Shown here: positions 39,340 to 50,356 of the stretch, in pieces
How positions within the stretch are numbered: the first letter of the stretch is position 1
Layout: each line of letters opens with the position of its first letter
NCBI RefSeq assembly: GCF_006345805.1
Contig: NW_021835934.1
Span: forward strand, 1 to 50,356
Origin: Octopus sinensis
Lineage: Eukaryota
Direction: 5' to 3'
DNA: 50,356 nucleotides
Made by a program: the position numbers and the translations under genes
Notes under the pieces: model-generated
Databases searched by the model: none
The model's input: only the letters and a program-made list of their open reading frames with translations
What the model was told of the DNA's origin: nothing

Positions 39340-39621
39340 ATGTTTAAATTTTTTTTTTAAATTGCAGTTAGCGGAAACCTGCAGGAATATATGCGCTATG
39401 TACAGAGAGGATGCTGCTACGGGGCGTACCAGAAGAGTTTTTCAAGAAAACGTAAATCTCGCCAAATAACCACATGTTCAATGGTAAATTACTGCGCCCT
39501 GTGGGACTTACTTTATAATTAAAATATATTGAGCCGTTGAGAGTTGTCAGGTCAGGGATACAACACAGCGCCGATAATTGCAGTGTGACTGATCTATTTT
39601 TCTGTTGATGCATCGTTATCC

Positions 39622-40236
39622 CAGAGTGATTTCATCATCCATACTCTCAACAATACGCTCCTAAATATGATTTCTGATTACAAATATCTTGACTCATACA
39701 TATCATCATCTGAAAAAGATTTTCTAACTAGAAAGGGTATGGCCTGGTCAGCCTGTAATGATATGCATAAGATCTGTTCATCAAATCTAAAGTAGAGATT
39801 TCAAACTTAAAATCTTCAAAGCCGCAGTCGAACCAATTCTACTAAATGGCTCAGAAACCTGGACGTTATCAAAGAAGCTTGAGAGGCGGTTGGATGGAAC
39901 CTATACTCGCCTCCTTATGAGAGCTCAAAATCTCTCGTGGAAGCGTCATCCAACCAAAGTACAAATATATGGGAAATTACCACCTGTATCATCTCTTGTG
40001 AAAGGTAGAAGAGTCCAGTTTGCTGGACATTGTTGTAGAGCTGAAAAGAGGTAATTTCTACTCTTCTCCTCTGGAAGCCATCTGCTCGTGATACCAGAGG
40101 GCGAACACTCTCCTACCCTGATGTAATCTCCAAGGATACAGGCATCCAGCAACGGGACCTCCGTAATGCTATGATGGACCGTGAAGTCTGGCGTAAAATA
40201 GTAAATTCCATTGTCTCGACCACGGTCGAACAATGA
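39622..40236 (+). mobile_element. 5'-truncated RTE-type LINE with a 16-bp TSD
   Basis: YKYL*SYISSSEKDFLTRKGMAWSACNDMHKI...FKAAVEPILLNGSETWTLSKKLERRLDGTYTRLLMRAQNLSWK...RRVQFAGHCCR...AMMDREVWR, then a (TGA)n tail. TGATGCATCGTTATCC occurs at 39606-39621 and 40237-40252. Confidence 0.9.
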
Positions 40237-40333
40237 TGATGCATCGTTATCCTATCCGGGTAGGAAACGTCTTAACCTCACTGTTTTGGCGTCGCTGATT
40301 CGACGCTGACTTATTTGACATTAGACGTTTTAA

Positions 40334-40797
40334 TCTTTCTCTCTTTCTCTCTCTCTCTTCTCTCTCTCTCTTCTCCCTCTCTTTCCTTCTCTATCTCTCC
40401 ATTTGTCCTTCTCTTTCCCCCTCTCTCTTTTTCTTTCTCCCTTTCTCTATGTGTGTGAGTATGTTTATCTTTATGTAAATGAAGAGCGAGAAAGTGTTTC
40501 TTTCGTGTTCAATTAATAAATTGTCTTTCTGTCTCTCCGTCTCTTTCTGTCCCTCCCTCTTCACTCTCTGTCTGTTTGACTGTTTGACTGTCTGTCATGC
40601 TCTCTCTCTCCCTCTCTCCATTCTTCTGTCTCCCCTCTCTCTCTGTCTCCCTCTCTCTCCTTCCTTCTGTCTCCCTTCTCTCTCTGTCTCCCCTTCTCTC
40701 TCTGTCTCCCTCTCTCTCTCTGTCTCCCTCTCTCTCTGTCTCCCTCTCTCTCTCTGTCTCCCTCTCTCTCTCTCTCTCTGTTTGTGTATATATTTCT

Positions 40798-40866
<69 letters not shown>

Positions 40867-40870
40867 CACA
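40334..40870. repeat. (CT)n-rich and (CA)n low-complexity tract
   Basis: Seen directly. Confidence 0.9.
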
Positions 40871-41449
40871 AACTTGCATTTGTTTATTTGCCTCCAGTGC
40901 CGAAAAAATTTTGTTGCCAAAACAGATTCTACATCCAGCCAGCCGTGCTCTGCACCCAATCACCTCAGACCGATCTTCTCGGTTGGTCGACCATATACTC
41001 CCTATCAAATAACAAAATTTAAATCATCAAAGCAACAACTGGCAACATTTTCTAACAAAATTAACCTGCAAACGGCAGCAAGTTTCAAAAATAATCGAAG
41101 AGAGATCTTAACAAGAAGAGTCTTTAATTCTTAAAATTCATTCTAAAATAAAAAATTCTTCAATAAACATTTTCAAAGCATTCAATTGCATAACAATGGA
41201 AAAATTATGTAACGGTTGCCGTTGAGAAAAATCAGTCTTGTTTACATGGAAACAGTTTACGACAATAACGACATCGGAAAACTCAACGATACAGTAAATT
41301 AATCGTGCGAAAGCAGACGATACGCCGAGAAGAATATCTGTTACGTCACTCTGACGTAAATCGTTTGTGAAAACACTGATGTCGGCAGTGAATTATTTTA
41401 ACTAGATCTTGTCTTCTAGGAAACTGTATTAGTTCCAACATCGGCTACC

Positions 41450-41473
41450 ATATATATATATATATTATATATA

Positions 41474-41504
<31 letters not shown>

Positions 41505-41867
41505 GTATGTATATATATTGTTGTCGCTATCATTACTATTATTATTATTATCATCACCACCATCATCATCTCCATCATCATCATCATATTATTATTACTA
41601 TTATCATTATCATTATTATTATTATTTTTATTATATTATTATATTATTATTATTATTATTATTATTATTATCATTATATTATTATTATTATCATCATCGT
41701 CATTATTATTATTATTATTTTATCATCATCATCTCATTATTATTATTTTTTATATTATCATTATTATTATTATTATTATTACCATTATCATCATCATCAT
41801 CATCATCATCATTATTATTATTATTACTATTATTATTATTATTATCATTATCATTATTATTTTATTA

Positions 41868-41918
<51 letters not shown>

Positions 41919-42091
41919 CATTATCATCATTATCTTCATTATTATTATTTTTTATTATTATCATTATTATTATTATTATTATTATTACCATTATCATCAT
42001 CATCATCATCATCATTATTATTATTACTATTATTATTATTATTATCATTATCATCATCATCATCATTATTATTATTACTATTATTATTATT

Positions 42092-42141
<50 letters not shown>

Positions 42142-42154
42142 CATTATTATTATT
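41450..42154. repeat. (TA)n followed by (TTA)n/(TCA)n microsatellite
   Basis: Seen directly. Confidence 0.95.
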
Positions 42155-42766
42155 GAGTGAGAGAGCAGTGCATGCCATCAAAGTGACACTGCAGATAGTG
42201 AAAGTAAGGCAGCGGTATTAAAGGAAGTAAAAAGGGGTCATGTGACACTGGGGTAAAATATACGAAGCCCAGTATACCCATCATGACTACCCGTCTGATA
42301 AGGGTACACCAGGCACATGCATCTCAACCATATGTACGCGACATGGTGATCTCATATCAAGATAAACTGCAGATGACCTTACAGGTGGGGCCCAGTTAGA
42401 ATTTTCTTCAGGTCGAGTAGCCCATCCGCTCAAAAGGTCCCTGAGTAAGGGTTGTTTAAGGATGTTGAACGAAACATCTATGTTTCCTGGGGTGAATTAT
42501 TCAAACCTCAAAGAATCCCTCTCAACACATGGCTATGATGCTCCCCCACTACTTCTGCTCATGATCAGAGATGCACATATCGTCAACCACTAAGGGACAT
42601 GCTCAACTGATTAAGGTCAAACAACTGACAAGCAAATCTGTGGTATTGAGCAGAATATTTGCTGTAGCCCATCTTTTATACCAAGACAAAACAATGTACA
42701 TGATAACACTTCAAATCAGTTAAGATCAGAAGCCACGAGAGCCACTGTCTGTTACTGCACCTGGGC

Positions 42767-42769
<3 letters not shown>
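42155..42769. mobile_element. Unclassified non-coding insertion of about 615 bp within (TTA)n
   Basis: Sharp boundaries with TTA repeats on both sides, higher GC, no long ORF. Confidence 0.5.
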
Positions 42770-42847
<78 letters not shown>

Positions 42848-42889
42848 TATTATTAAAATTATTATTATTATTATTATTATTATTAGTAT

Positions 42890-43170
42890 AAATGGACCAA
42901 TTCTGAGGATACACCTGTAGTATAAAAATGTTTTCTAAAAGGAGAAAGGGGCTCTCTAACCCACTTTTGACCAGGCTCCCGTGGCTGTTACGAGTAACCT
43001 TTCGAAGCGCCTCCCCCTATTGGGAATTTCAATTGTTATATTTTCGTTGTTATCTCTAGAATTTTTACACGGTTTTTTGCAAACGGACAAAACCCTTTGT
43101 AACTTTCGTCCTCCGTTTTGTCCCTTTATGTTTTAATTAATTTTTGTCAGCCCTTGTGGCCAATAAACGA
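42890..43170 (+). mobile_element. LINE-like 3' UTR fragment
   Basis: Ends CAGCCCTTGTGGCCAATAAACGA plus (TTA)n, the same terminal motif as SINE-A and the 24167 element. Confidence 0.45.
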
Positions 43171-43223
<53 letters not shown>

Positions 43224-43247
43224 TATTATTATTATTATTAATATTAT

Positions 43248-43472
43248 TATTCAGTAGTTTTATGTTTATAGCGTGCTTTCACTTCACTACCGAGCGCAGC
43301 TCTGTGTGCCTTGGGTATGTGCTGTGATTTGTTGTGATGCTCTGATGGTTGTTTTATGGAAAATGTTCTGCGTAGGATGTGTGCAGTGCCTAGTAGTGCA
43401 ATTTTCTGTATGTTATATGTGTTTGTAAGTCCTGGTGTTTTTGTTATGTATTTGTCTGAATATTTTTTTATC
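43248..43472 (-). mobile_element. R4/Dong 3' end inside (TAA)n
   Basis: IKKYSDKYITKTPGLTNTYNIQKIALLGTAHILRRTFSI with a 3' UTR homologous to 9760-9962. Confidence 0.85.
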
Positions 43473-43473
43473 A

Positions 43474-43532
<59 letters not shown>

Positions 43533-43569
43533 TATTATCATCATTACTATTATTATTATTAATATTATT

Positions 43570-43600
<31 letters not shown>

Positions 43601-43635
43601 TTATTATTTTATTATTATTATTATCATTATTATTA

Positions 43636-43681
<46 letters not shown>

Positions 43682-43795
43682 GCTAATATTATCATTATTA
43701 ATATTATTATTATTATATTATTATTATCATTATTATTATTATTATTATTATTATCATTATTATCATTATTATTATTATTATTATTATTATGATAA
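43473..43795. repeat. (TTA)n microsatellite
   Basis: Seen directly. Confidence 0.95.
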
Positions 43796-44004
43796 TTTGC
43801 TGTGTTAGGATTTTCATTTATTTATTTAGATTTCTTCAGGTGTTTAGCGAAGGTCGTTGCGGCGTTAAATCGTCCGTCTCTGCTTGACTTCACTAATTAT
43901 AGAAGTGACGGCAGGCGAGGACAGGCTATTTCTATAACGTCAACATAATTGTGACTATTAGAAGCGAGACGGCAACGGTTCACCCACGCACATAAATGCA
44001 CACG

Positions 44005-44046
<42 letters not shown>

Positions 44047-44170
44047 TTTAGCCACGTGCGAATACACACACGCAAGCATTTATACAGATATGTACCACAC
44101 ACTCATTTACATACATACATACACATATTCATATAGACACACTCACACACACATACAAACACACATCTAT

Positions 44171-44398
44171 GGCGAGCTGGCAGAAACGTTAGAGCGCCGG
44201 GCGAAATGCGTAGCCGTATTTCGTCTGCCGTTACGTTCTGAGTTCAAATTCCGCCGAGGTCACTTTTGCCTTTCATCCTTTCGGGATCGATAAATTAAGT
44301 ACCAGTTTCGCACTGGGGTAGATGTAATCGACTTAATCCCTGTGTCTGTCCTTGTTTGTCCCCTCTGTGTTTAGCCCCTTGTGGGCAGTAAAGAAATA
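44171..44398 (+). mobile_element. SINE-A monomer
   Basis: Full match. Confidence 0.92.
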
Positions 44399-44404
44399 TA
44401 TCTT

Positions 44405-44635
44405 TGTTTTATTTACTTCACTCATTGGGCTGTGGCCATGCTGTGGCACTGCCTTGAAGAATTTCAGTCAACAAATTGACCCCTTTATTTATGTTTTTTT
44501 TTTGTTTACTCTAGTCCTTATTGTATCAGTTCCCTTCGCCGAACCGCTAAGTTAAGGAGCAGTAAAGAAACCATCGCCAGTCGTCAAGCGGTGGTAGGGA
44601 CAAACACAAACACAATGACGGACACACAGACACAC
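44405..44635 (-). mobile_element. Diverged SINE-B 3' half
   Basis: ggccatgctg...gccgaaccgctaagtta...gtcaagcg...ggacaaacaca. Confidence 0.75.
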
Positions 44636-44844
44636 ATGTACGCGCGCGTATATAAATATATATGTATGTGTGTGTGTGTGTGTCTTATATATATATCCAA
44701 CCTCCTCTTCTTCCTCCTACTTCTCCTCCTCCTCCTCCTTCTCCTTTCAGGGGCGTAAACCATACTGTACTTCTGGCATGCAATATTTTATTGTTTGGAG
44801 GTAGGTTTCGTTCAAGACATGTCCTACCTCCTCCTCTTCCTCTT

Positions 44845-45112
44845 AATAAATAAATAAATGCACCCTTTTAAAGCCTAGCCAGGCTCATGGGCCCGGTTTC
44901 CCGGTTTCAATGGCGTATGTGTTCCCCAAGCTGGACGGGACGCCAGTCCATTGCAGCGTTACCCATTTTTGCCAGCTGAGTGGACTGGAGCAACGTGAAA
45001 TGAAGTGTTTTGCTCAAGAACACAACGCGTCACCCGGTCCAGGAATCGAAACCACAATCTTACGATCATGATGCTGACACCCTAACCTAACCACTAAGCC
45101 ACGCGCCTCCAC
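44845..45112 (-). mobile_element. SINE-D full length with a (TTTA)n tail
   Basis: Near-identical to 30467-30718. Flanked by a duplicated cctcttcctcttaa. Confidence 0.92.
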
Positions 45113-45197
45113 CCTCTTCCTCTTAAGAAAAGTAAATCAACCTCTACACCTTAACCTACAACTGTTCATCGTATAGAATGCCAAGCTTGTTCTAGAT

Positions 45198-45373
45198 CAG
45201 GCTCAGGCAATTTTTTCCGAGAAGTGGATCGCATGGGATATGACCCATCATCAAACGGGCCGCTTGGGACATGACCGATCATCAACCGGGCCGCACTACT
45301 AAAATAATTAAAATAATATTTTTTTAGGCGTTACATTCAGAAATTTCCAAGGGCCACAAATTTTCCATGGCTG
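45198..45373. mobile_element. hAT (Charlie-type) MITE
   Basis: CAG...CTG ends with imperfect TIRs, a perfect 8-bp TSD TTCTAGAT (45190-45197 and 45374-45381), and an internal 30-bp tandem repeat with GGGCCGC motifs. Confidence 0.82.
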
Positions 45374-45516
45374 TTCTAGATATATTCAACCTCATCCTCA
45401 TCCTCTTCATCACCATCAGGGGAGATAAGCCATATGTACACGATGGTTTCTTAAATCTTTATATTTTCTCTCTGTAAAAGGATTCAATTTCCATTCACTC
45501 CCAAATGAATTAATTT

Positions 45517-45668
45517 AATATTGGTTTCAAATTTGAGCAAAAGCCCAACAATTTTGTGAAAGGGCGTGAGTCGATTACATCGACCCTAGTGCCCTATTGC
45601 TATTTATTTAATCGATCCCGTAAAGATGAAAAGTAAAGACCACTTCGGTGGAATTTGAATACAACGTA
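45517..45668 (-). mobile_element. Old SINE-A variant fragment
   Basis: gtcgattacatcgaccc...gatgaaaagtaaag...cggtggaatttgaa. Confidence 0.7.
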
Positions 45669-46532
45669 AAATTAATTGAATATTAATTTACCAGCTTTGA
45701 ATACAATTTAGATGAAGAAACAATCAATCTAATATTATAAAAGAGACACTTGATCTCCGTCTGTCTGTCCGTCGCAATAGGAGAGATAACAGCTGTAACA
45801 ACATATATGTTGAGGGATGGAAGAAGGGGAGGAAAATGTTGCTGCTGAGACAGAAATGCCGATTACAGAGAGAGGGGGGAGAGGGAGAGAGTGTGTGTTT
45901 GTGTGCGTGTGTGTGAAAGATAGATTAGATAGGTAGTGTTGTCCCCATAGTAACTAACAAGTTTTGACTAAAAACGCAGGAATTTTAACTGTATCTACCT
46001 GTTCCAGTGTTCATACACGGACAATTTTATGTTGCTAAGAACAGAATGGGTGGCCCTGTAAACCAGTGCATATACGCAAACCAAGCAGAATTCGGCACTA
46101 CACCTAAGAAGAGGCAAGACGATGGAAAAAGATCTTTGACAAGGAATGTTGTTTACCATGAAGTTATTTCATGAGATATTTATCAAAGAATATACTTATT
46201 CTCTAGAATATAAAAAAAAGAGTTATGACTATTGAAAAGATTGCAAGACGCAACGAAAATTTTAGGAAAATAAAAATAAGAAATAAGTGGAAATTTTACC
46301 GGTGAGTTTGTTAAATTATAAGGCACAAAAAGAAAATGACTCTCCCCAGACACAACAGAATATGCTTCAGCACATGAACTCATATCAAGAATCTTGCAAA
46401 CCAAATCCAAAAACGAAATATAAGAAGAAAAAAAGGGATTTTAAATAAATACTATTGTTCAACCGTTTTCAAGCTGTTATTAATCTTCACCGAGAAAGTC
46501 AATCTAAACATTATTTTAACAATTTTTGAATA

Positions 46533-46702
46533 TAGGCGTAGGAGTGGCTATGTGGTAAGTAGCTTGCTTCTCAACCACATGGTTCCGGGTTCAGTTCCAC
46601 TGCGTGGCAACTTGGGCAAGTGTCTTCTACTATAGCCGCGGGTCGACCAAAGCCTTGTGAGTGGATTTGGTAGACGGAAACTGAAAGAAGCCCGTCGTAT
46701 AC

Positions 46703-46735
<33 letters not shown>

Positions 46736-47018
46736 ATTATTATTATTTGAGGGAATATTAATCCTAACTTACTGGGAAAAAAATTCAATTTAGAAATACT
46801 AAATCAAATTTCACACAATATAATATATATACAAAAATTAGAAAAAAACACCTTTTATCAATTCAAAATGAACAATTAAATTACACCATCTAGAAAATTA
46901 CATATAATATAAATATTAAAATAAAAATAATAATAATATACCGAAGGTTAAGTAAATAGCAAAAAATAATAAAAACGCATATATTCATTTTGAGTTGATA
47001 AAAGGTATTTTTTTTCTA

Positions 47019-47108
<90 letters not shown>

Positions 47109-47380
47109 GTGTATGTATGTATGTATGTATGTATGTATGTATGTATGTATGTATGTATGTATGTATGCGTGTGTGTATATGTTTATGTGTCTGTGTTTGT
47201 CCCTTAACATCGCTTGATAACCGATGCTGGTGTGTCTACGTCCCCGTAACTTAGCGGTTAGGCAAAAGAGACCGATAGAATAAGTACTAGGCTTACAAAG
47301 AATAAGTCCTGGGGTCGATTTGCTCGACTAAAGGCGGTGCTCCAGCATGGCCGCAGTGAAATTACTCAAACAAGTAAAGA
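46533..47380 (+). mobile_element. SINE-B with an AT-rich insertion (46735-47020) in its internal microsatellite
   Basis: 5' half at 46533-46700 and 3' half at about 47185-47380. Confidence 0.9.
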
Positions 47381-47478
47381 ATATAGTACTAAGGTTAATT
47401 TCTTCGCTTAAGCCTTACAATGCGTTGCCCCTGCTTGGCCGCAGTCCAGTGACTGAAAGGATAAAAGATAAAAGGTAG

Positions 47479-47697
47479 GTTGTTGTTGTTGTTGTTGTGA
47501 CCCCTTTCGGTCATGAATGACCATGGGATTGCACCTAGAAAGTTACCCTTCGAGGCACAAGTCTGGGTAAGGTTGTTTGTGGAAGACCAGCAGTCACCTA
47601 TGCATACCAGCTTCCCCACTCCATGCCACCGATGTTATCCAATGGAAAGGCAAAAGGGCCGATACAGCCTGGTACCAGTGATGTCGCAGCTCATTTA
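47479..47697 (-). mobile_element. 3' part of a SINE-D variant with an (AAC)n tail
   Basis: Homologous to 10627-10760 and ends in (GTT)n on the plus strand. Confidence 0.78.
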
Positions 47698-48007
47698 TTA
47701 ACGTGCAAGTGGCTGAACACTCCACAAACGCATGTACCTTTAACGTAATTCTCGGGGAGACTCAGCGTGACACAGAGTGTGACAAGGCTGGCCCTTTGAA
47801 ATACAGGTACAATGAAACAGGAAGAAAGAATAAGAGAAAGCTGTAGTGAAAGAGTACAGCAGGGTTCACCACCACCCCCTGCTGGAGCCTCGTGGAGCTT
47901 TAGGTGTTTTCGCTCAATAAACACTCACAATGACCGGTCTGGGAATCGAAACCACGATCCTACGACCGCGAGTCCGCTGCCCTAACCACTGGGCCATTGC
48001 GCCTACA
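47698..48007 (-). mobile_element. SINE-C head and core with a third tail type
   Basis: Head AGGCGCAATGGCCCAGTGGTTAGGGCAGCGGACTCGCGG. The tail is shared with 49385-49505. Confidence 0.85.
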
Positions 48008-48429
48008 CTAGAAGATAATAGATTCATAGATAACGTACAGGCTCCCTTATTGGTTGGTTGTAATCTATATATCAGCTACGGTGTATGAATTGTCGTTTAT
48101 GTCCGTTTAGAATTAGTTGCCCCTTTTTCTCCGGTCTTGCTGGTCAGATAAGTAACCGGAATGTCCTGAGCAGTGTGTAAACAATACTCTGTATTGACTG
48201 GCAATATTGTAAACCAACACTATCCGTCGTCCAGAAGTCTGTTATACGCTCTATATAATGGTATCAGACATCGTTCACCACGTAACATACTTTACGCCAG
48301 TAGGGTATCCACACGGCCATGATGCCACGCATACATTGATATTGATAACTAATAGACATATGTTTTCAAGAGTCTTCCCTTAGCGTGCATATTTACTGTG
48401 CTCTATCTTGCTATAAGTGACTCTCTCTT

Positions 48430-48474
<45 letters not shown>

Positions 48475-48745
48475 CTCTTCCTCTCTCAGTTTTACTATTA
48501 ACTGTTGTTACAGACTTCCGACATTTTCTTAGCTCTCATTAATTCTAATAACCGTTCCAGCGTTTCACTTAGTTCGGTTCCGTTCAATATATCTTCTCGT
48601 CGGTTTCTCGTGTTTTTCGTAGGAAATACAGCTAACCACTTTCTAACAACACTGATGGGAATTAATCTACATATGTTTTACATTAACCCGCACACCAACC
48701 AACAAACCATCCATCCATCCATCCATCCATTCATTCATGTATTCA

Positions 48746-48904
48746 TAGGAGTGGCTGTGTGGTAAGTAGATTGCTTACGAACCACATGGTTCCGGGTTCA
48801 GTCCCACTGCGTATCATCTTGGGCAAGTGTCTTCTACTATAGCCTCCGGCCGACCAAAGCCTTATAAGTGGATTTGGTAGACGGAAACTGAAAGAAGCCC
48901 GCTG

Positions 48905-48965
<61 letters not shown>

Positions 48966-49009
48966 AGTGGATTGGTAGACGGAAACTGAATGAAGCCCGT
49001 CGTATATAT

Positions 49010-49058
<49 letters not shown>

Positions 49059-49298
49059 TGTGTGTATGTGTGTGTGTGTGTGTGTGTGTTTGTGTGTCTA
49101 TGTTTGTCCCCACAACATCGCTTGGCAACTGATGCTGGTGTGTTTACGCCCCTGTAACTTAGCGGTTCGGCAAAGAGACCGATAGAATAAGTACTAGGCT
49201 TACAAAGAATAAGTCCTGGGGTCGATTTGCTCGACTAAAAGCGGTGCTCCATCATGGCCACAGTCAAATGACTGATACACGTAAAAGAGTAAAAGAGT
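48746..49298 (+). mobile_element. SINE-B with an internal partial duplication
   Basis: The gtggatt(t)ggtagacggaaactgaa..gaagcccg + (TA)n module occurs twice (about 48867 and 48966). Confidence 0.9.
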
Positions 49299-49314
49299 AT
49301 ATACATAAACATAT

Positions 49315-49525
49315 GACTGGTACTCCGTCAGTTACGACGACGAGGGTTCCAGTTGATCCGATCAACGGAACAAACTGCTCATGAAATTAACATGCAAGTC
49401 GCTGAGAGCTCCTTAAACACGCGTACCCCTTAACGTAGTTCTCAGAGAACTTCAGTGTGGCACAAGATGTGGCAAGGGCCGGCCCCTATGAATTACAGGT
49501 ACAACTCATTTTAGTCGGCTGAAGT
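49315..49525 (-). mobile_element. SINE 3' module fragment
   Basis: Shares aac(a/g)tgcaagt.gctga...taccc.ttaacgta.ttctc...tacaggtacaa with 47700-47812. Confidence 0.65.
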
Positions 49526-49986
49526 ATATTAGCTTGACGCTCGGTGAAAGGAGGGAGAGTTAATATTTCGAGCATAGCTCTTCGTCGGAAAAGAGAACGG
49601 GAAAAGTCCAAAGATGAAGGAGAAGAAATCGCCAACGGACCATGTATGTTCACAAGCACATATATGTTGAATAGGTATATATATATATATATACATGTGT
49701 GCGTGTAAGAGAGAGAGAGAGAGATAGAAAGTGAGTGAATGAGAGAGAAACGAGAGAGAGTGAATGAATGATGTAGATAAACACGCTTGAGTTTCATATA
49801 TCGAATAAACATACACAGCACGTGTAAACATATATGGGAATATGTATAGAGAGAAATAAAAAATGAAATTATTCAGAAGATGAACATTCGTGAATAAGCG
49901 TATAGATATTTATCTATTCATAGAACAAGTTTACATGGAGTACAAAAAATACAGAAAACTAAGGAGAGAATGAATGGTATTTCAAG

Positions 49987-50130
49987 TCCGACAGCCGTTT
50001 CTGGGCTCGGAATGACGTAATAATTGTCATGTTCATAATTGGAGGATGGGGTATGCAAAAAGTCAAAGATATGCAATCAGTACTGGATGCATATAAGCAT
50101 TACCGTAGAACCGGCTTCCGTCGTCAGGAG
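49987..50130 (-). ncRNA. Candidate degenerate HHR with a long (about 119 nt) stem II insert
   Basis: CTGACGA (50127-50121) ... GAAA-CGGCTG-TC (50001-49990). Stem I is weak. Confidence 0.4.
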
Positions 50131-50277
50131 GGAATGATCGACAACTAGTTGCTGATCTTTGTGACAAGCGACCAGAAATGCGTATATGGGAATTCGCGAG
50201 AGAGAAGGACTGGAAAAACATGGTGTTTTAGACCTTTTACCACCAGAGGGAATTTTTGTCCACGGTAACTGCACTGA

Positions 50278-50356
50278 AAGGCGGCGAGCTGGCAGAACCG
50301 TTAGCACGCCGGGCAAAATGCTTAGCGGTATTTTGTCTGCCGCTACGTTCTGAGTT
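50278..50356 (+). mobile_element. SINE-A head, cut by the window end
   Basis: AAGGCGGCGAGCTGGCAGAACCGTTAGCACGCCGGGC... Confidence 0.9.

Noticed and set aside
41040-41260. Possible relic of the 2949-3213 MITE family
   Set aside because: The resemblance is only vague, and no TIR pair could be identified by eye.
42285-42490. CTGATAA and CTGAGTA...CGAAAC motifs in the unclassified element
   Set aside because: I could not build stems I-III around them.

Overview
AT-rich, repeat-saturated eukaryotic non-coding DNA, either intronic or intergenic. The repeat repertoire resembles that of an octopus or other coleoid cephalopod; this is inferred from SINE recognition and not verified. No intact protein-coding gene is supported, and almost all listed ORFs are translations of microsatellites or SINEs. 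The window holds at least four tRNA-derived SINE families (here called A-D, about 30 copies or fragments), degenerate Penelope-like retroelements (RT plus GIY-YIG), R4/Dong fragments inside (TAA)n, an RTE LINE 3' end with a 16-bp TSD, and a tandemly amplified L1/Tx1-like 3' end in (ATCT)n. It also holds a deleted piggyBac, mariner, hAT and Helitron relics, and a U6 pseudogene. The most notable signal is a set of minimal type I hammerhead ribozyme (HHR) motifs in small non-coding Penelope-type or retrozyme-like elements. The best case is a 364-nt tandem unit at 13175-13850 with a U3-A8 covariant catalytic core, a long extended stem I, an inverted 5' end, and A>G differences between its two copies. 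A second notable pattern is SINE-A multimers at three loci that share one 184-nt unit joined at the anticodon-like loop. Coordinates were read by eye and may be off by a few bases.
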